The position numbers and the translations under genes are program-made. A stretch of 53,653 nt of DNA. Source: an uncultured virus (IMG/VR IMGVR_UViG_2806310702_000001). Its lineage: Duplodnaviria > Heunggongvirae > Uroviricota > Caudoviricetes. The stretch is from the IMG/VR virus record IMGVR_UViG_2806310702_000001; one strand, written 5' to 3'. Positions 29,433-39,505 of this stretch are shown one piece after another; position 1 is the first letter of the stretch; each line of letters begins with the position of its first letter. Under the pieces are notes generated by a model. The model worked only from the letters and a program-made list of their open reading frames with translations, was not told the DNA's origin and did no database searches.

Positions 29433-29699
29433 TTAATCATTTTTTATAATAAAGTTTTCCCATTTTTTATAAGCATCCACATAAGTTTCTTTCTTATCTC
29501 CATTATGTGTTATCTCATAGTACATACCATCGCTTACCGTTGTACTTAACATCGCTTTATTATTCTGTAAAGTCTTACAACTCCACACAACAAATACGTC
29601 ATCTTCAGTAATTTGTTTCTTATCTGTTTTATCTGCATGTTGATTAAAATATTTTACTATAATCTCTTTGCATAATTCTAAAAACTTATCATTATCCAT
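29433..29699 (-). CDS. Conserved phage hypothetical protein
   Basis: VFVVWSCKTLQNNKA.LST...DGMYYEITHNGDK.E.YVDAYKKWEN. Confidence 0.75.
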   Translation of the reverse strand: MDNDKFLELCKEIIVKYFNQHADKTDKKQITEDDVFVVWSCKTLQNNKAMLSTTVSDGMYYEITHNGDKKETYVDAYKKWENFIIKND

Positions 29700-29714
29700 C
29701 TTTTATCATCCTTT

Positions 29715-29848
29715 CTAATCTAACATGGTAAATACTTTACTTGCACTACTTCTTACATCTTCATCTAGTACAATTATTCCTACCAATGGATTGCCTTTTA
29801 ATTTTTCTATCATTATTCTTAAGCCATTATCTTTTATATATTTTTCAT
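29715..29848 (-). pseudogene. C-terminal remnant of phoH
   Basis: Reads EKYIKDNGLRIMIEKLKGNPLVGIIVLDEDVRSSASKVFTMLD*, a PhoH-like tail. Confidence 0.65.
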
Positions 29849-29896
29849 ACATTAACAAGAAAACACGTACCCTTTAGGGTAGGTGATGAATTGTTT

Positions 29897-30298
29897 TTAC
29901 CCTTGTTGCTGTATATATTTTTCTATTGTTTCTTTACTCACTTTACCAATACTACAGGCAAAATATCCATCACTCCAAAAAGTTCTTTCTTGCCAAAAAT
30001 GATTATTTAAATAGTATTGGGTTTTACCAACTCTCCAAACCCTATAAGTAGAAATTTGTTTAAACCATCTTACAATCTGCAATATTGATTGCGTTGGAGA
30101 ATATTGAACTAATAAATGGATGTGATCTTTGCCTACTTCCATTTCTATTATATTTAAATCTTTTTCTTCTGCTATTGCATAAAACAGTTTTTTAATATCA
30201 TCACCAAGTCTTATTAATAACTTTTTTCTATACTTACAAACAAATATCAAATGTGTCATTAATAAAAATTTACTATGATTTTTACTTATATATTTCAT
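29897..30298 (-). CDS. tnpA: Y1 HUH transposase
   Basis: HLIFVCKYR, DHIHLL, FWSDGYF, IEKYIQQQ. Confidence 0.95.
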   Translation of the reverse strand: MKYISKNHSKFLLMTHLIFVCKYRKKLLIRLGDDIKKLFYAIAEEKDLNIIEMEVGKDHIHLLVQYSPTQSILQIVRWFKQISTYRVWRVGKTQYYLNNHFWQERTFWSDGYFACSIGKVSKETIEKYIQQQG

Positions 30299-31634
30299 AA
30301 ACAAATCCTTTTTGGAATTTATAAGGTGTTAATAAATCCACTTTAGGCACTTTTTTAATCTCTTTAAGTGCAACATATTTACCACCATTTTGGCTTCCTT
30401 TTACTGTATAAATCTTACCCTCATATCTAACTAAATCATTTGGCTGATAGAAATATTTTTGTTTTCTAATTCTTCTTTGACCTTTTGAAATCTTCTCACC
30501 TCTATAAATTCTAAGGTTTTCTGTACTATGGTTTTTATTTCTAGTCCTTCTTCCACAGTTTAAGTCTCCACCTGAAACCTTATTACCAGTTCTAACATCT
30601 ATTATTTTACAATCATAAAACTTTTCTAAAGACCGATTATTCCTTCTTGCCTGCGATACATTAAATATATCATTATTTCTAATTTGATTAATTCCTTTTG
30701 CTATCGCAAATGCATCATTATAATGTGTTTTTTTAATTTTATGTGTAATTCTATGATTTTTAGTTATATAGCCATAGGTTATTGAAATGTTACTGTGTTT
30801 TTCTTTAAGAGTATTAATTAAATACCATCTTATCATGCTCATAAAAGTAGCATCTTTAAATCCTCTAACTTTTTTTCCATTTATGCACCAATCATAAAGA
30901 AATTTACCTTTTTTATGGTTAGGTGAAGTATGGCATTTACTACAAAGTGTAATTAAATTGTTAGGACTATCTGAACCACCTTCACTTCTATACTTAATAT
31001 GATGAATTTCTAAAATCTGTTCTTTAGACTTATTTTTACAATTAGGATTTTGACATTTGTGATTATCTCTATGAAGAATGTACTCTCTTAAGTTCCAGAA
31101 CCCCATCATTTCTCCTTGCTGATATTCTTCACCACTTATATTAGGGTTTTTGATTTTCTGTATATCAAAATTTGCTATTTCTACAACGCATTTTGTTATA
31201 GGTAGTACATTATATAAACTATCAATAAATTTAATATGACTATCTAATTTATGTTGTAAGCTAGGTGCTAACCAACCTTTGTGCTTACTTTTGGTTCTAT
31301 TATTCCATCTAGCTTTTCTATATCTCAATCTATTTCTTCTTTGCCTTCTATACATTGCTTTTTCTTGTATTCTATCTTTTATTCCTTGAAGAAGTTTAAC
31401 TTCACCAACTATTAATTCTTTCTTATCAGTTATTGCACTAAAACCTATATTCAAATATCCACTATCAATTCCTAAAGTTATTCTTTGAGTATAATTACTA
31501 GTTTCATAATTTAATTGAACAGTAAATGGTTTTAACTCTTTAACTATCGCTTTCTTATTCTTTAAAAGTTTTCTTGCTTTTGCTTCATTTGTTGGCATTA
31601 ATGGATTCCCATTAATATCTATTACATATACCAT
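30282..31634 (-). CDS. iscB: RNA-guided endonuclease IscB
   Basis: PLMP N-terminus, RuvC-I GIDSG, RRQRR bridge helix, RuvC-II VVE, HNH, RuvC-III HYNDA. Confidence 0.95.
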   Translation of the reverse strand: MVYVIDINGNPLMPTNEAKARKLLKNKKAIVKELKPFTVQLNYETSNYTQRITLGIDSGYLNIGFSAITDKKELIVGEVKLLQGIKDRIQEKAMYRRQRRNRLRYRKARWNNRTKSKHKGWLAPSLQHKLDSHIKFIDSLYNVLPITKCVVEIANFDIQKIKNPNISGEEYQQGEMMGFWNLREYILHRDNHKCQNPNCKNKSKEQILEIHHIKYRSEGGSDSPNNLITLCSKCHTSPNHKKGKFLYDWCINGKKVRGFKDATFMSMIRWYLINTLKEKHSNISITYGYITKNHRITHKIKKTHYNDAFAIAKGINQIRNNDIFNVSQARRNNRSLEKFYDCKIIDVRTGNKVSGGDLNCGRRTRNKNHSTENLRIYRGEKISKGQRRIRKQKYFYQPNDLVRYEGKIYTVKGSQNGGKYVALKEIKKVPKVDLLTPYKFQKGFVYEIYK

Positions 31635-31649
31635 AAAATTTAATCCTTT

Positions 31650-31894
31650 CAGATAATTTAACCTCACCTTTCGGTGGTAAGTTCTCTTCGCCAATGATTA
31701 AAAAGGTTTTGTATCTTTAACACACTTTTCCTGCCATCAGAAATGTTTAATGTTAAAGCGTAGTGTTCAAGACTAGAGAAGTATCTTGAAGTACCTATAT
31801 ATTCTTAATAATCGTAGTCATTTAAGACTTAGGCTATTCAACCGACTTGCAATTTCTTACAAGCCACTACCCTTTAGGGTAGTTGGCAGTTGAC
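31650..31894 (-). ncRNA. omegaRNA (HEARO-type) scaffold
   Basis: GTCAAC...CTAAAG...GGCTTG...AGCCTAAG...GACTACG...CATTGGCGAAG pattern upstream of iscB. Confidence 0.88.
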
Positions 31895-32476
31895 TTCTAT
31901 ATTTGTATTCATAAATTTTATCTAAATCTATATTATGTATTACTAAGTATTCATTATCTAACAATTCTAAGTAATTCTCATTATTTTCATATTTAATGTA
32001 TAAGTCGTTTATTTGATCTGTATTTAATTCTATTTCTCTATAACCTTTGTATTCTTCCTGTATATTTATACAATTATTCTTAATCTTATTTGTTTCTAAT
32101 TTAAAATAATCTCTTGCAATTAAATTGCACAATATGTCGTTTGTTGTAAATACTGCTTGGTTACCAAGTGTCTTAGCACACGCAATAATTAAATTATCAT
32201 GTGTAATTGGTAAATTTAATGATTCTACTAATTCATAATGTAATTGTTCAACTATAATTACTTCATATTTATCTTGATTTTCATTTAAAAATCTTACTAC
32301 TTGTCTTGCCTTATATTTTATCTCTTGATCCTTATTTGCACTTGTCTTAATATTTTCTAATTCATCTAATGTTATAGAAGATATGTAAAACTTATCTGTT
32401 TGCTTTCTAATGCAATCTAAGTTCTGTAATAGTATATTGGTATCATAAAACTTTATTTTCTTAATTTCGTCCATAC
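31895..32476 (-). pseudogene. PIN-PhoH N-terminal part, interrupted by the IscB element
   Basis: FYDTNILL, LDELENIK, DNLII, FTTND PIN motifs; frame runs into the element. Confidence 0.8.
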
Positions 32477-32533
32477 CATTCACATTTACCCTTTCATTAT
32501 ATAATAGGGGAAGAATAAACTTCCCCATATGTC

Positions 32534-32821
32534 CTATTTATTAAATTGTTCTTTTACGGCTTTACTTTGTTTAAATGTTAAAGCATGAGATTCAGGTATT
32601 TGAATTTCTTCCCCGCTACGTGGATTTCTTCCAACTCTTGCACCTCTAGTTGTATTTTTGAATGTTCCTATAGGAGTAGTTAATTTTCCTTCTTCTTTAA
32701 CAACCTCTGCTACAGTTTCTAATACTACTGAATATACTGCATCCATATCTTTTTTAGAAACTTTGACTTCCTTACCTTCTAATTTTTCTACCATTCTTCC
32801 TAATAATTCTGTTTTAACCAT
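32534..32821 (-). CDS. hup: HU-family DNA-binding protein
   Basis: GTF...RGARVGRNPRSGEEIQIP...FK.SK. Confidence 0.92.
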   Translation of the reverse strand: MVKTELLGRMVEKLEGKEVKVSKKDMDAVYSVVLETVAEVVKEEGKLTTPIGTFKNTTRGARVGRNPRSGEEIQIPESHALTFKQSKAVKEQFNK

Positions 32822-33094
32822 GCTTTTATTTCTCCTTTCAATTTTAAAGTCACATTGGACTATTTATGTTTTTAATTTTTAATTCAATTTTGTTTTACAA
32901 TAGGGGAGATTTATACAACCTCTGGGTTTTTGTAAATATAGATACTACCTGTCTCCCTTAGAGGAGATTATAATTTTCGACTTTGAGTCCACCCTCAACC
33001 TAGTCGTACCAACGGTTTGAGGGTATTTTCATAAAATCATAATTTTTGGTAGACACCCTTCAAACCTAGATATATCAAGGGTTACAGAGTTTGT

Positions 33095-35803
33095 CTATTT
33101 TTCTTCCTTATTCCATTTTTCACGTTTCCATTTATTTTTTTGTGCTTGTAATATTTCCTTAGCACACTTTGGACAATACTTCACTCTATTATTGGATACT
33201 ATTATTCTCTTACCACATTTTTCACATTGAATTGTATCCTTTAATTTGTTCTTAATATTTATTTTTAAATTTTCTACTATTATATCACCAAAGCACTCCC
33301 ATAGGGTAGTTTTGAATTTGGCTTTTTTATCTCCATATAGATATTTAATTAAAACATCTGTTATATATACTTCATCATTATAAACTTCTAACAATTGATT
33401 CTTAATATCTTGATATAAAAATACTACATTATCAACTTTCCCATCCTTATTCTTACCCATTAAGAAAGGTTTTTTCAAGTCTAATTCGGTATATTTATCA
33501 ATTATTTTTTTATCTACTTTGACTTTTTTATTGTGCATTAGCATAGTATAATCAAATTTACCTAACTGGGCGTTTTTAAAACTTATTCTAGGATTGGGTA
33601 TTATTTTTTCTAATCTATTTACTACACTATGATTAGTTGTTTCCACTTTATTATTATCCTTGTCTTTTGCGTATATAAAGAAATGAGGCACTTTTAGTTT
33701 AGTATATTTATTTATTAACTTTTTCATTTTTTTTGGTCTTTGAGGTTTGTACAATGTCTTAGCAAAATCTATAGTGAAATTGTTCTCCATACATAACAAT
33801 TTAATTACATCGAGATTTACATTATCACCATTCCATATCTTACTTATATTATTACTAATTTCACCTATATTCCCTCCTGTATAGGCTGTTTTAAGACCAT
33901 TAAATATACTATGACTATTAATTACCTCTGGTTTTGCTTTTCTCATATTATAATATAATGGTACAATTCCTTGCATATTTCTTTCAGCAACTTCAACAAT
34001 CAATGGTTCAGCGCATACTAATGATCTGTCACCATCTACATCAAACATTAATATCTTACTTATGACATCATGCGTACTGGTATATATTGCTTTAGTATTA
34101 AACCATCTTTTTATTTCCTTTATTCTATCTTCATTTTCTTCACTTTTATATGCTATGTTTTTTCTTACTGCGTGTTCTCTATATAAATGAGGACTTCTTA
34201 AACAGTCCAATTGTGGTTTATCATTATAAACACTACACCATACTTCACCATTCTGCAATAACCCTTTAGGATTTTCTTCATGTAAAAATAGCCATTCACA
34301 AAATGCATATGTATCGGGTGCTAAGAATGTATATATGGCATCTATATCTAATTTACCTGCTCTACCTTCTTTTACTAAACTCTTTTTCACATTTTTTAAT
34401 ATTTCTTTGTTATATGTATCATTTAATAATTCTGGATATATTTCTAATGCTTGTTGTAGATAGTTTTTATTTTTATTTGCAGTAGTAACACCTAAAACTT
34501 TTAGCATTGTTTTTTTATTATTGCTAATATTGTTAATTTTTTTGATGGTTTTTTTAGATATTTCTTTTAATTCATTGTCTGTAATATCCGTTAATGTTTG
34601 TAACATTTGATAATTTATTTTAGCTTTTTCAAATCTACATTCTTCCTCATTACATGTTCCTGCTTGGCAATCGTATTTTATAAAATTATCTATGTACTCC
34701 TCCCAACTTTTATAATATTTCCACATCTTAAATTGACTCTTAGTAAATATAATTTCTATTTTTTCTTTCAATATATCATGTTCTTTACCATATATATCTT
34801 TTACTATTCCACAATATATACCTAACTCCTTGCTTTTTTCTCTAATAAACTTATCAAATGGTGAAGATATTAATAGCCCTTTTATCCAAGGTGATCTAAA
34901 CATTCTGTTTTTACCTAATTTGGGTAGCATTATCCCACAACCATCCATATGAGGAACTGGAACATCTTTGACTACTCTTTTAATTGTATAAGTTTCATCA
35001 TCTATTAAATCTACAGTTTCTTGCACATTAGTTTCAAAATCATCAACAACTATAGTTTTAGTTATATCAAAATCTTTCCATTCGTCTGTGGCACTATTAT
35101 TTAAAGCTAGATATGCTAAATACTTGTTTATGTTAACTCCACCACATTTGTTAATACGTTCTGTGGTTAATCCACAACTTAGAGTATTATAATGTTTTTT
35201 TAATTGATTTTCTTTAATAAAAACTGTCTTTTTAGTTCTTATTTGTCCTGCACTAGCTGTTAAACAAACATATTTTTCTCCTTTAAGCATAAATCCATCT
35301 AAAATTAAATCTTCGATTATTTCAAAGAAATAAGTTTGTACAATTATTAAATCTTCGGTTAAAGTGTCTATTGGTACTTGCATAACTCTAGTTAATGTTG
35401 ATTCAAATACGGAAATAATATTTTTTATATTTAAATAATTCTCATTTAACATTCTTATTTCATTATTTTGATGGTTTGCTTGTCTTGTACTTTTGAATTC
35501 CACATACAATGCATCTTTGATTTTTTTTATCTTTTTATTTATTTTTTTTATTATACTTTCAGTTATTGTATATAAGACGGTATATTGAGTATATATATCT
35601 TTATCTTTATCTTTATCTTTATCTTTATCTTTATCTTTATCTTTATCTTTACATTTATCTTTCTTTTGGTTTAATCTGTTTAATTTCTCGGCTAATATTT
35701 TTCTAAATAAGTAATATTTATTTAATCTATTATGTATTTGCATTTCATTTTCATTATAAAATGCACTTGTATCTACGCTATATATATGTATTTGTTTATT
35801 CAA
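33095..35803 (-). CDS. YonO-type single-subunit RNA polymerase
   Basis: ASAGQIRTKK, DGCG, RSPHL, catalytic MFDVDGD, IDFAK; upstream of HU-phoH as in SPbeta. Confidence 0.85.
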   Translation of the reverse strand: MNKQIHIYSVDTSAFYNENEMQIHNRLNKYYLFRKILAEKLNRLNQKKDKCKDKDKDKDKDKDKDKDKDIYTQYTVLYTITESIIKKINKKIKKIKDALYVEFKSTRQANHQNNEIRMLNENYLNIKNIISVFESTLTRVMQVPIDTLTEDLIIVQTYFFEIIEDLILDGFMLKGEKYVCLTASAGQIRTKKTVFIKENQLKKHYNTLSCGLTTERINKCGGVNINKYLAYLALNNSATDEWKDFDITKTIVVDDFETNVQETVDLIDDETYTIKRVVKDVPVPHMDGCGIMLPKLGKNRMFRSPWIKGLLISSPFDKFIREKSKELGIYCGIVKDIYGKEHDILKEKIEIIFTKSQFKMWKYYKSWEEYIDNFIKYDCQAGTCNEEECRFEKAKINYQMLQTLTDITDNELKEISKKTIKKINNISNNKKTMLKVLGVTTANKNKNYLQQALEIYPELLNDTYNKEILKNVKKSLVKEGRAGKLDIDAIYTFLAPDTYAFCEWLFLHEENPKGLLQNGEVWCSVYNDKPQLDCLRSPHLYREHAVRKNIAYKSEENEDRIKEIKRWFNTKAIYTSTHDVISKILMFDVDGDRSLVCAEPLIVEVAERNMQGIVPLYYNMRKAKPEVINSHSIFNGLKTAYTGGNIGEISNNISKIWNGDNVNLDVIKLLCMENNFTIDFAKTLYKPQRPKKMKKLINKYTKLKVPHFFIYAKDKDNNKVETTNHSVVNRLEKIIPNPRISFKNAQLGKFDYTMLMHNKKVKVDKKIIDKYTELDLKKPFLMGKNKDGKVDNVVFLYQDIKNQLLEVYNDEVYITDVLIKYLYGDKKAKFKTTLWECFGDIIVENLKINIKNKLKDTIQCEKCGKRIIVSNNRVKYCPKCAKEILQAQKNKWKREKWNKEEK
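35597..35650. repeat. (ATCTTT)9 microsatellite encoding (KD)9
   Basis: Nine exact tandem hexamers. Confidence 0.95.
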
Positions 35804-35822
35804 ACTAATAATAATCTCCTCC

Positions 35823-36811
35823 TTATTGTTTATGTATTTGGATTAAGTATTTTTGTAATTGTTCATGTATGTATTGATAATACCAATTGTATTCTTGATA
35901 TTTATAAACGTTATTTTTATATATCATTCTAAATAAAGGTATATCATGTATTTTGCAATATTCATCTTTTTTCTATCTCTTAGTCTAGCCTTTATTCTTT
36001 TTGGATCTTTTGTATTGTATCTATGTTCTACATCATCAACTTCTATTAATCCTAGTAATTCATTATTGTTGTTTAAGATTGCAAAATCAAACTTTAACTT
36101 TTCTTTCTTTTTACTTCTTAAATCGTCAAAGCTATATTGTGTTACTACTTGATATTTATTTTTAATCAAGTAGTCGTACACAACCTTTTCTGAATATGGT
36201 AAATTGCATATTGGACACCATCGCCCCTTTTTAATATTCAAAGGCATTATATCCCACTCATAATTATGTATATTACATTTTACTCTTACATGAGTAACTG
36301 CATTTTGATAACGACTTAATAATTGACCATTTTGCTTATGTACTATTTGTTTAACTTCATTTTCAAAATCACCTGCGTGATGACTACAATAGGGACACCA
36401 AGTGGGTTTATTCATTAGACGGTCTGCTGTGGCTTCAAATATATGTTCATTTTGACACTTTACTTTATACTTATCTTTAGCATAAGTCCACTTATTGCTA
36501 AGTAATACACCTCCTTTATGTTCAACATACATTTTTAATTTATTATAAAAATATTGTTCATCTTTAGATTTTGCAATTTTTGCTTTTTCACTCTGTAATT
36601 CTTTCGTACATTTATTGCATGGTTGGAAGCTTTTAGCTAAAATATTTTTAGCATTAATTGTTTTGTATATATCACCATGTTTATCACAATGATATATAAA
36701 TTCTATTGGCTTTGTGCCTCCTGTATAGTCATTCAATATATTAATTTTATCACCATATTTATTAAATACCTTTATTTTAAATTCTTTAGTAGACATTTTT
36801 CTTTGTGGCAA
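35823..36811 (-). CDS. Zn-ribbon plus PD-(D/E)xK-type nuclease; C-terminus lies in the -1 frame
   Basis: WCPYC/WCPIC; LKFDFAI..LIEVD; -1 frame continues KDEYCKIHDIPLFR to TAA at 35823. Confidence 0.7.
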
Positions 36812-36993
36812 CCTATCCCCTCCTTTTATTTCTCATTTTTTCATTATATTTATCCCTCAACGGTACTATCATGAAAATTTCATTAATAAGCGTTTAATTT
36901 TGCTTTTATCATATAAATTATCACTTAAGGTGTTTAATTGCATTTATCATTAAAATTCTCACCATAGAATCACGCTTTGAGGTGGTTTAATAA

Positions 36994-38601
36994 TTAATCG
37001 TTTTTATGATTTTTGATAATATTTTTATAAATTACTTTATCTAAATATTCATTTTTTTCTTTATCACCTATGTCCACAATTCTCCAATATGGAACTCTTA
37101 TTAATTTTATGTTATGATTTCTACAATAATTATCTTTTATAACATCCCTTCTTTTGTTATCAAAGAATTTCTTTTCTCCTTCATCTATTGTCTCTCCTTT
37201 GAATAAAATAGGGTAAAAATGCTGTTCTCCGTCATATTCTATACATATATTATATTTAGGCAAATAAAAATCAAATCTTAACACCTTATTAGTATACGTA
37301 TTAATGCAATCTTTAAAAATATATTGATTAACATATTCGATATGTTTATTCTTTAGATAATTAGATATATTTAATTCACCATTACTTGCTGTACATAAAG
37401 GACATAATCTACCTAATTGTAGTTTAGCCCATGTACTTTCAAATACTCCATGTTTTTTACATATTATATTTAATGGCATACGAGAACCTTTAAATTCACA
37501 TGGTTTAATACAATATGGCTTATCATTAAGCTTCAACCAAATATTAATATTTTCTATACTATATGGATTGGCGCGACTCGCTATTGATCTATTATTCTTT
37601 TTATTTAAATTGCTACTTAATATTCTATATTTATATCCATTATTATCTGCAACATGGACATAAATTTTTTTATTAACACATTCTAATTTGAAAAACTTAA
37701 ATTTATTTTTTGTTAGAATTTTTGCATTATATTCCCAATAAATTCTATTGTTTTTAGAAAATATCTTTTTATTTTCACTTAAACACATTTTAAATTTTTT
37801 ATTATATAAATACACGTACCTATACTTATCCGTATCTTCCATATGTATTAAAAAACTTTTTCTTGTATTGTCATAATCTAATTTTAAAACTTTATAATCA
37901 GATTTCATATTTTTTACTATAATTCTTGCATTGTTTAAATTATAATTGTATTTATTGGCTATACAAATTTTAGAATTAGTAAATTTAAAGTTGTTTGTTT
38001 TTAAATACTCTTTAAAATTTTTTATTTTTGTATAGTACTTAAATCCTTTGCTATCCTGTACCCCAATACTTATTTGAAGATTACCATTTTTTAAAAAATC
38101 TTTATCAATATCCACAAGTTTGAGATTACTATTGTTTTCTACTAATAATTTTATAGATTCATCACTCCATTTTCCATTACCACCACATTCATTACAAAAC
38201 ATTCTCGGCGAACTATTTTTAAATCCTTTAAATTGTTGCAACTCTCTTTCAAACACATTTCCACATCTACATTTTAATTTCAGTATTATAGACATTCTAC
38301 TGCCAATTTTAGTTCTATAATATCCTAAATATTCACAATCTGATATTTTTGTAACACATTCTTGTAAAGTTTGATTATTCCATTCCATAGATTTACTGCA
38401 TTTATTGCACTTTCTTTTCCCCTTTATTCCTTCACGCCCTTTAAACTGTTGCAACTTAACTTCAAATATTTCTCCGCATTTACATTGTAATTTTAAATAA
38501 ACATGGTGGTGTACTTTATCTCTATGAAAACTTATAAATTTACAATCACTATTGTTCTCAATGAATTCTGTTAAAGTATCTTCATTCCATTTTGTTTTCA
38601 T
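36994..38601 (-). CDS. Zn-ribbon-repeat nuclease (putative homing endonuclease)
   Basis: CKCG repeats; SNGE...LRFDFYLP..NICIEYDGEQH...KDNYC...IKLIRVPYW. Confidence 0.75.
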   Translation of the reverse strand: MKTKWNEDTLTEFIENNSDCKFISFHRDKVHHHVYLKLQCKCGEIFEVKLQQFKGREGIKGKRKCNKCSKSMEWNNQTLQECVTKISDCEYLGYYRTKIGSRMSIILKLKCRCGNVFERELQQFKGFKNSSPRMFCNECGGNGKWSDESIKLLVENNSNLKLVDIDKDFLKNGNLQISIGVQDSKGFKYYTKIKNFKEYLKTNNFKFTNSKICIANKYNYNLNNARIIVKNMKSDYKVLKLDYDNTRKSFLIHMEDTDKYRYVYLYNKKFKMCLSENKKIFSKNNRIYWEYNAKILTKNKFKFFKLECVNKKIYVHVADNNGYKYRILSSNLNKKNNRSIASRANPYSIENINIWLKLNDKPYCIKPCEFKGSRMPLNIICKKHGVFESTWAKLQLGRLCPLCTASNGELNISNYLKNKHIEYVNQYIFKDCINTYTNKVLRFDFYLPKYNICIEYDGEQHFYPILFKGETIDEGEKKFFDNKRRDVIKDNYCRNHNIKLIRVPYWRIVDIGDKEKNEYLDKVIYKNIIKNHKND

Positions 38602-38702
38602 TTAATTATACCTCTTTCATAAATTTAATATATTTTACCAATATTATCTTTTGTATTTCAATTAAAGTGTTAATATGTATCATTCGTTTTCAAATCATAT
38701 AT

Positions 38703-39005
38703 CTAAACTAACTCCCACTTACCAACTTCTAAATAATCTTCAATATCCCAGCCATCATATCCAACTAAATACTTCTTATATGTAACTACTCCCTCTTTGA
38801 CTCTTAATGTATCTGTATGGAAAGTATCATCAAATACTTCACTACTATTAAGATCATCAACACTTGCTATTTCATATCTTAAAATTTTATCCTTACATTT
38901 TTCTATTGTTTCTAAACTATCTGTATATGTAATTACATCGTATAATTTACCTTTCTTATCTTTGTATTGTTCCTTGAGTATTAGATAAATTGTTTTAATT
39001 TCCAT
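38703..39005 (-). CDS. Hypothetical protein, paralog of 1979..2281
   Basis: Near-identical protein and upstream region. Confidence 0.8.
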   Translation of the reverse strand: MEIKTIYLILKEQYKDKKGKLYDVITYTDSLETIEKCKDKILRYEIASVDDLNSSEVFDDTFHTDTLRVKEGVVTYKKYLVGYDGWDIEDYLEVGKWELV

Positions 39006-39158
39006 AATTAAAACCTCCTATTTATTTTTTGGATTTGTTGGTTTCATTTACCTTGCAAATATATGATACTACACAATATATATATTGTCAAGTGATATAT
39101 TTGAAACATATATATATTTTATGTATAATATAATTAAGTGATATATAGGAGGTATCTT

Positions 39159-39350
39159 ATGAAAGTTTTAATAGATCAAAAATTACAGAACATGGAGAAA
39201 ACGAGGTATTGGCTTCATAAAGAAACTGGAATAACTTACGCTAATATTAAAAAAATTTGTGATGGAAATACTGAAAGCATTAGATTTGATATAATCAATA
39301 AACTATGTACGGTATTTAATTGTAAGTTCGAAGACTTATTTAAATTATAA
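39159..39350 (+). CDS. Cro/XRE HTH regulator, paralog of 2476..2670
   Basis: YWLHKETGIT...SIRFDIINKLC.VFNC; GGAGG RBS. Confidence 0.85.
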   Translation: MKVLIDQKLQNMEKTRYWLHKETGITYANIKKICDGNTESIRFDIINKLCTVFNCKFEDLFKL

Positions 39351-39505
39351 TAAGCTACTAATAACTACTTTTTACTTGAGTAGTTATTTACATATATTGC
39401 ATATAAATAACTATGTATTTTAATTAATTTTCATCAAACGATAGATTATTAAGAAAACCATCTACATTTTATTTTATGACCATTTTCCTCACGGTATAAT
39501 GTGGC

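Larger units (their letters stand above)
29849..31894 (-). mobile_element. IS200/IS605-superfamily element: omegaRNA-iscB-tnpA
   Basis: Subterminal hairpin TACCCTTTAGGGTA at both ends (29868, 31868); starts GTCAAC; ATGA follows the 3' end; no target duplication. Confidence 0.9.

Noticed and set aside
31635..31694. Longer iscB start at 31694 given by the ORF track
   Set aside because: It falls inside the omegaRNA; ATG 31634 has an RBS and gives the canonical MVYV...PLMP N-terminus
29849..31894. IStron (self-splicing IS) explaining the in-frame phoH junction
   Set aside because: The element is fully occupied by omegaRNA, iscB and tnpA, leaving no room or motifs for a group I intron core
35823..38601. 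Intron- or intein-encoded endonucleases
   Set aside because: Flanking genes are not split and no intron core or intein termini are visible; the genes appear free-standing
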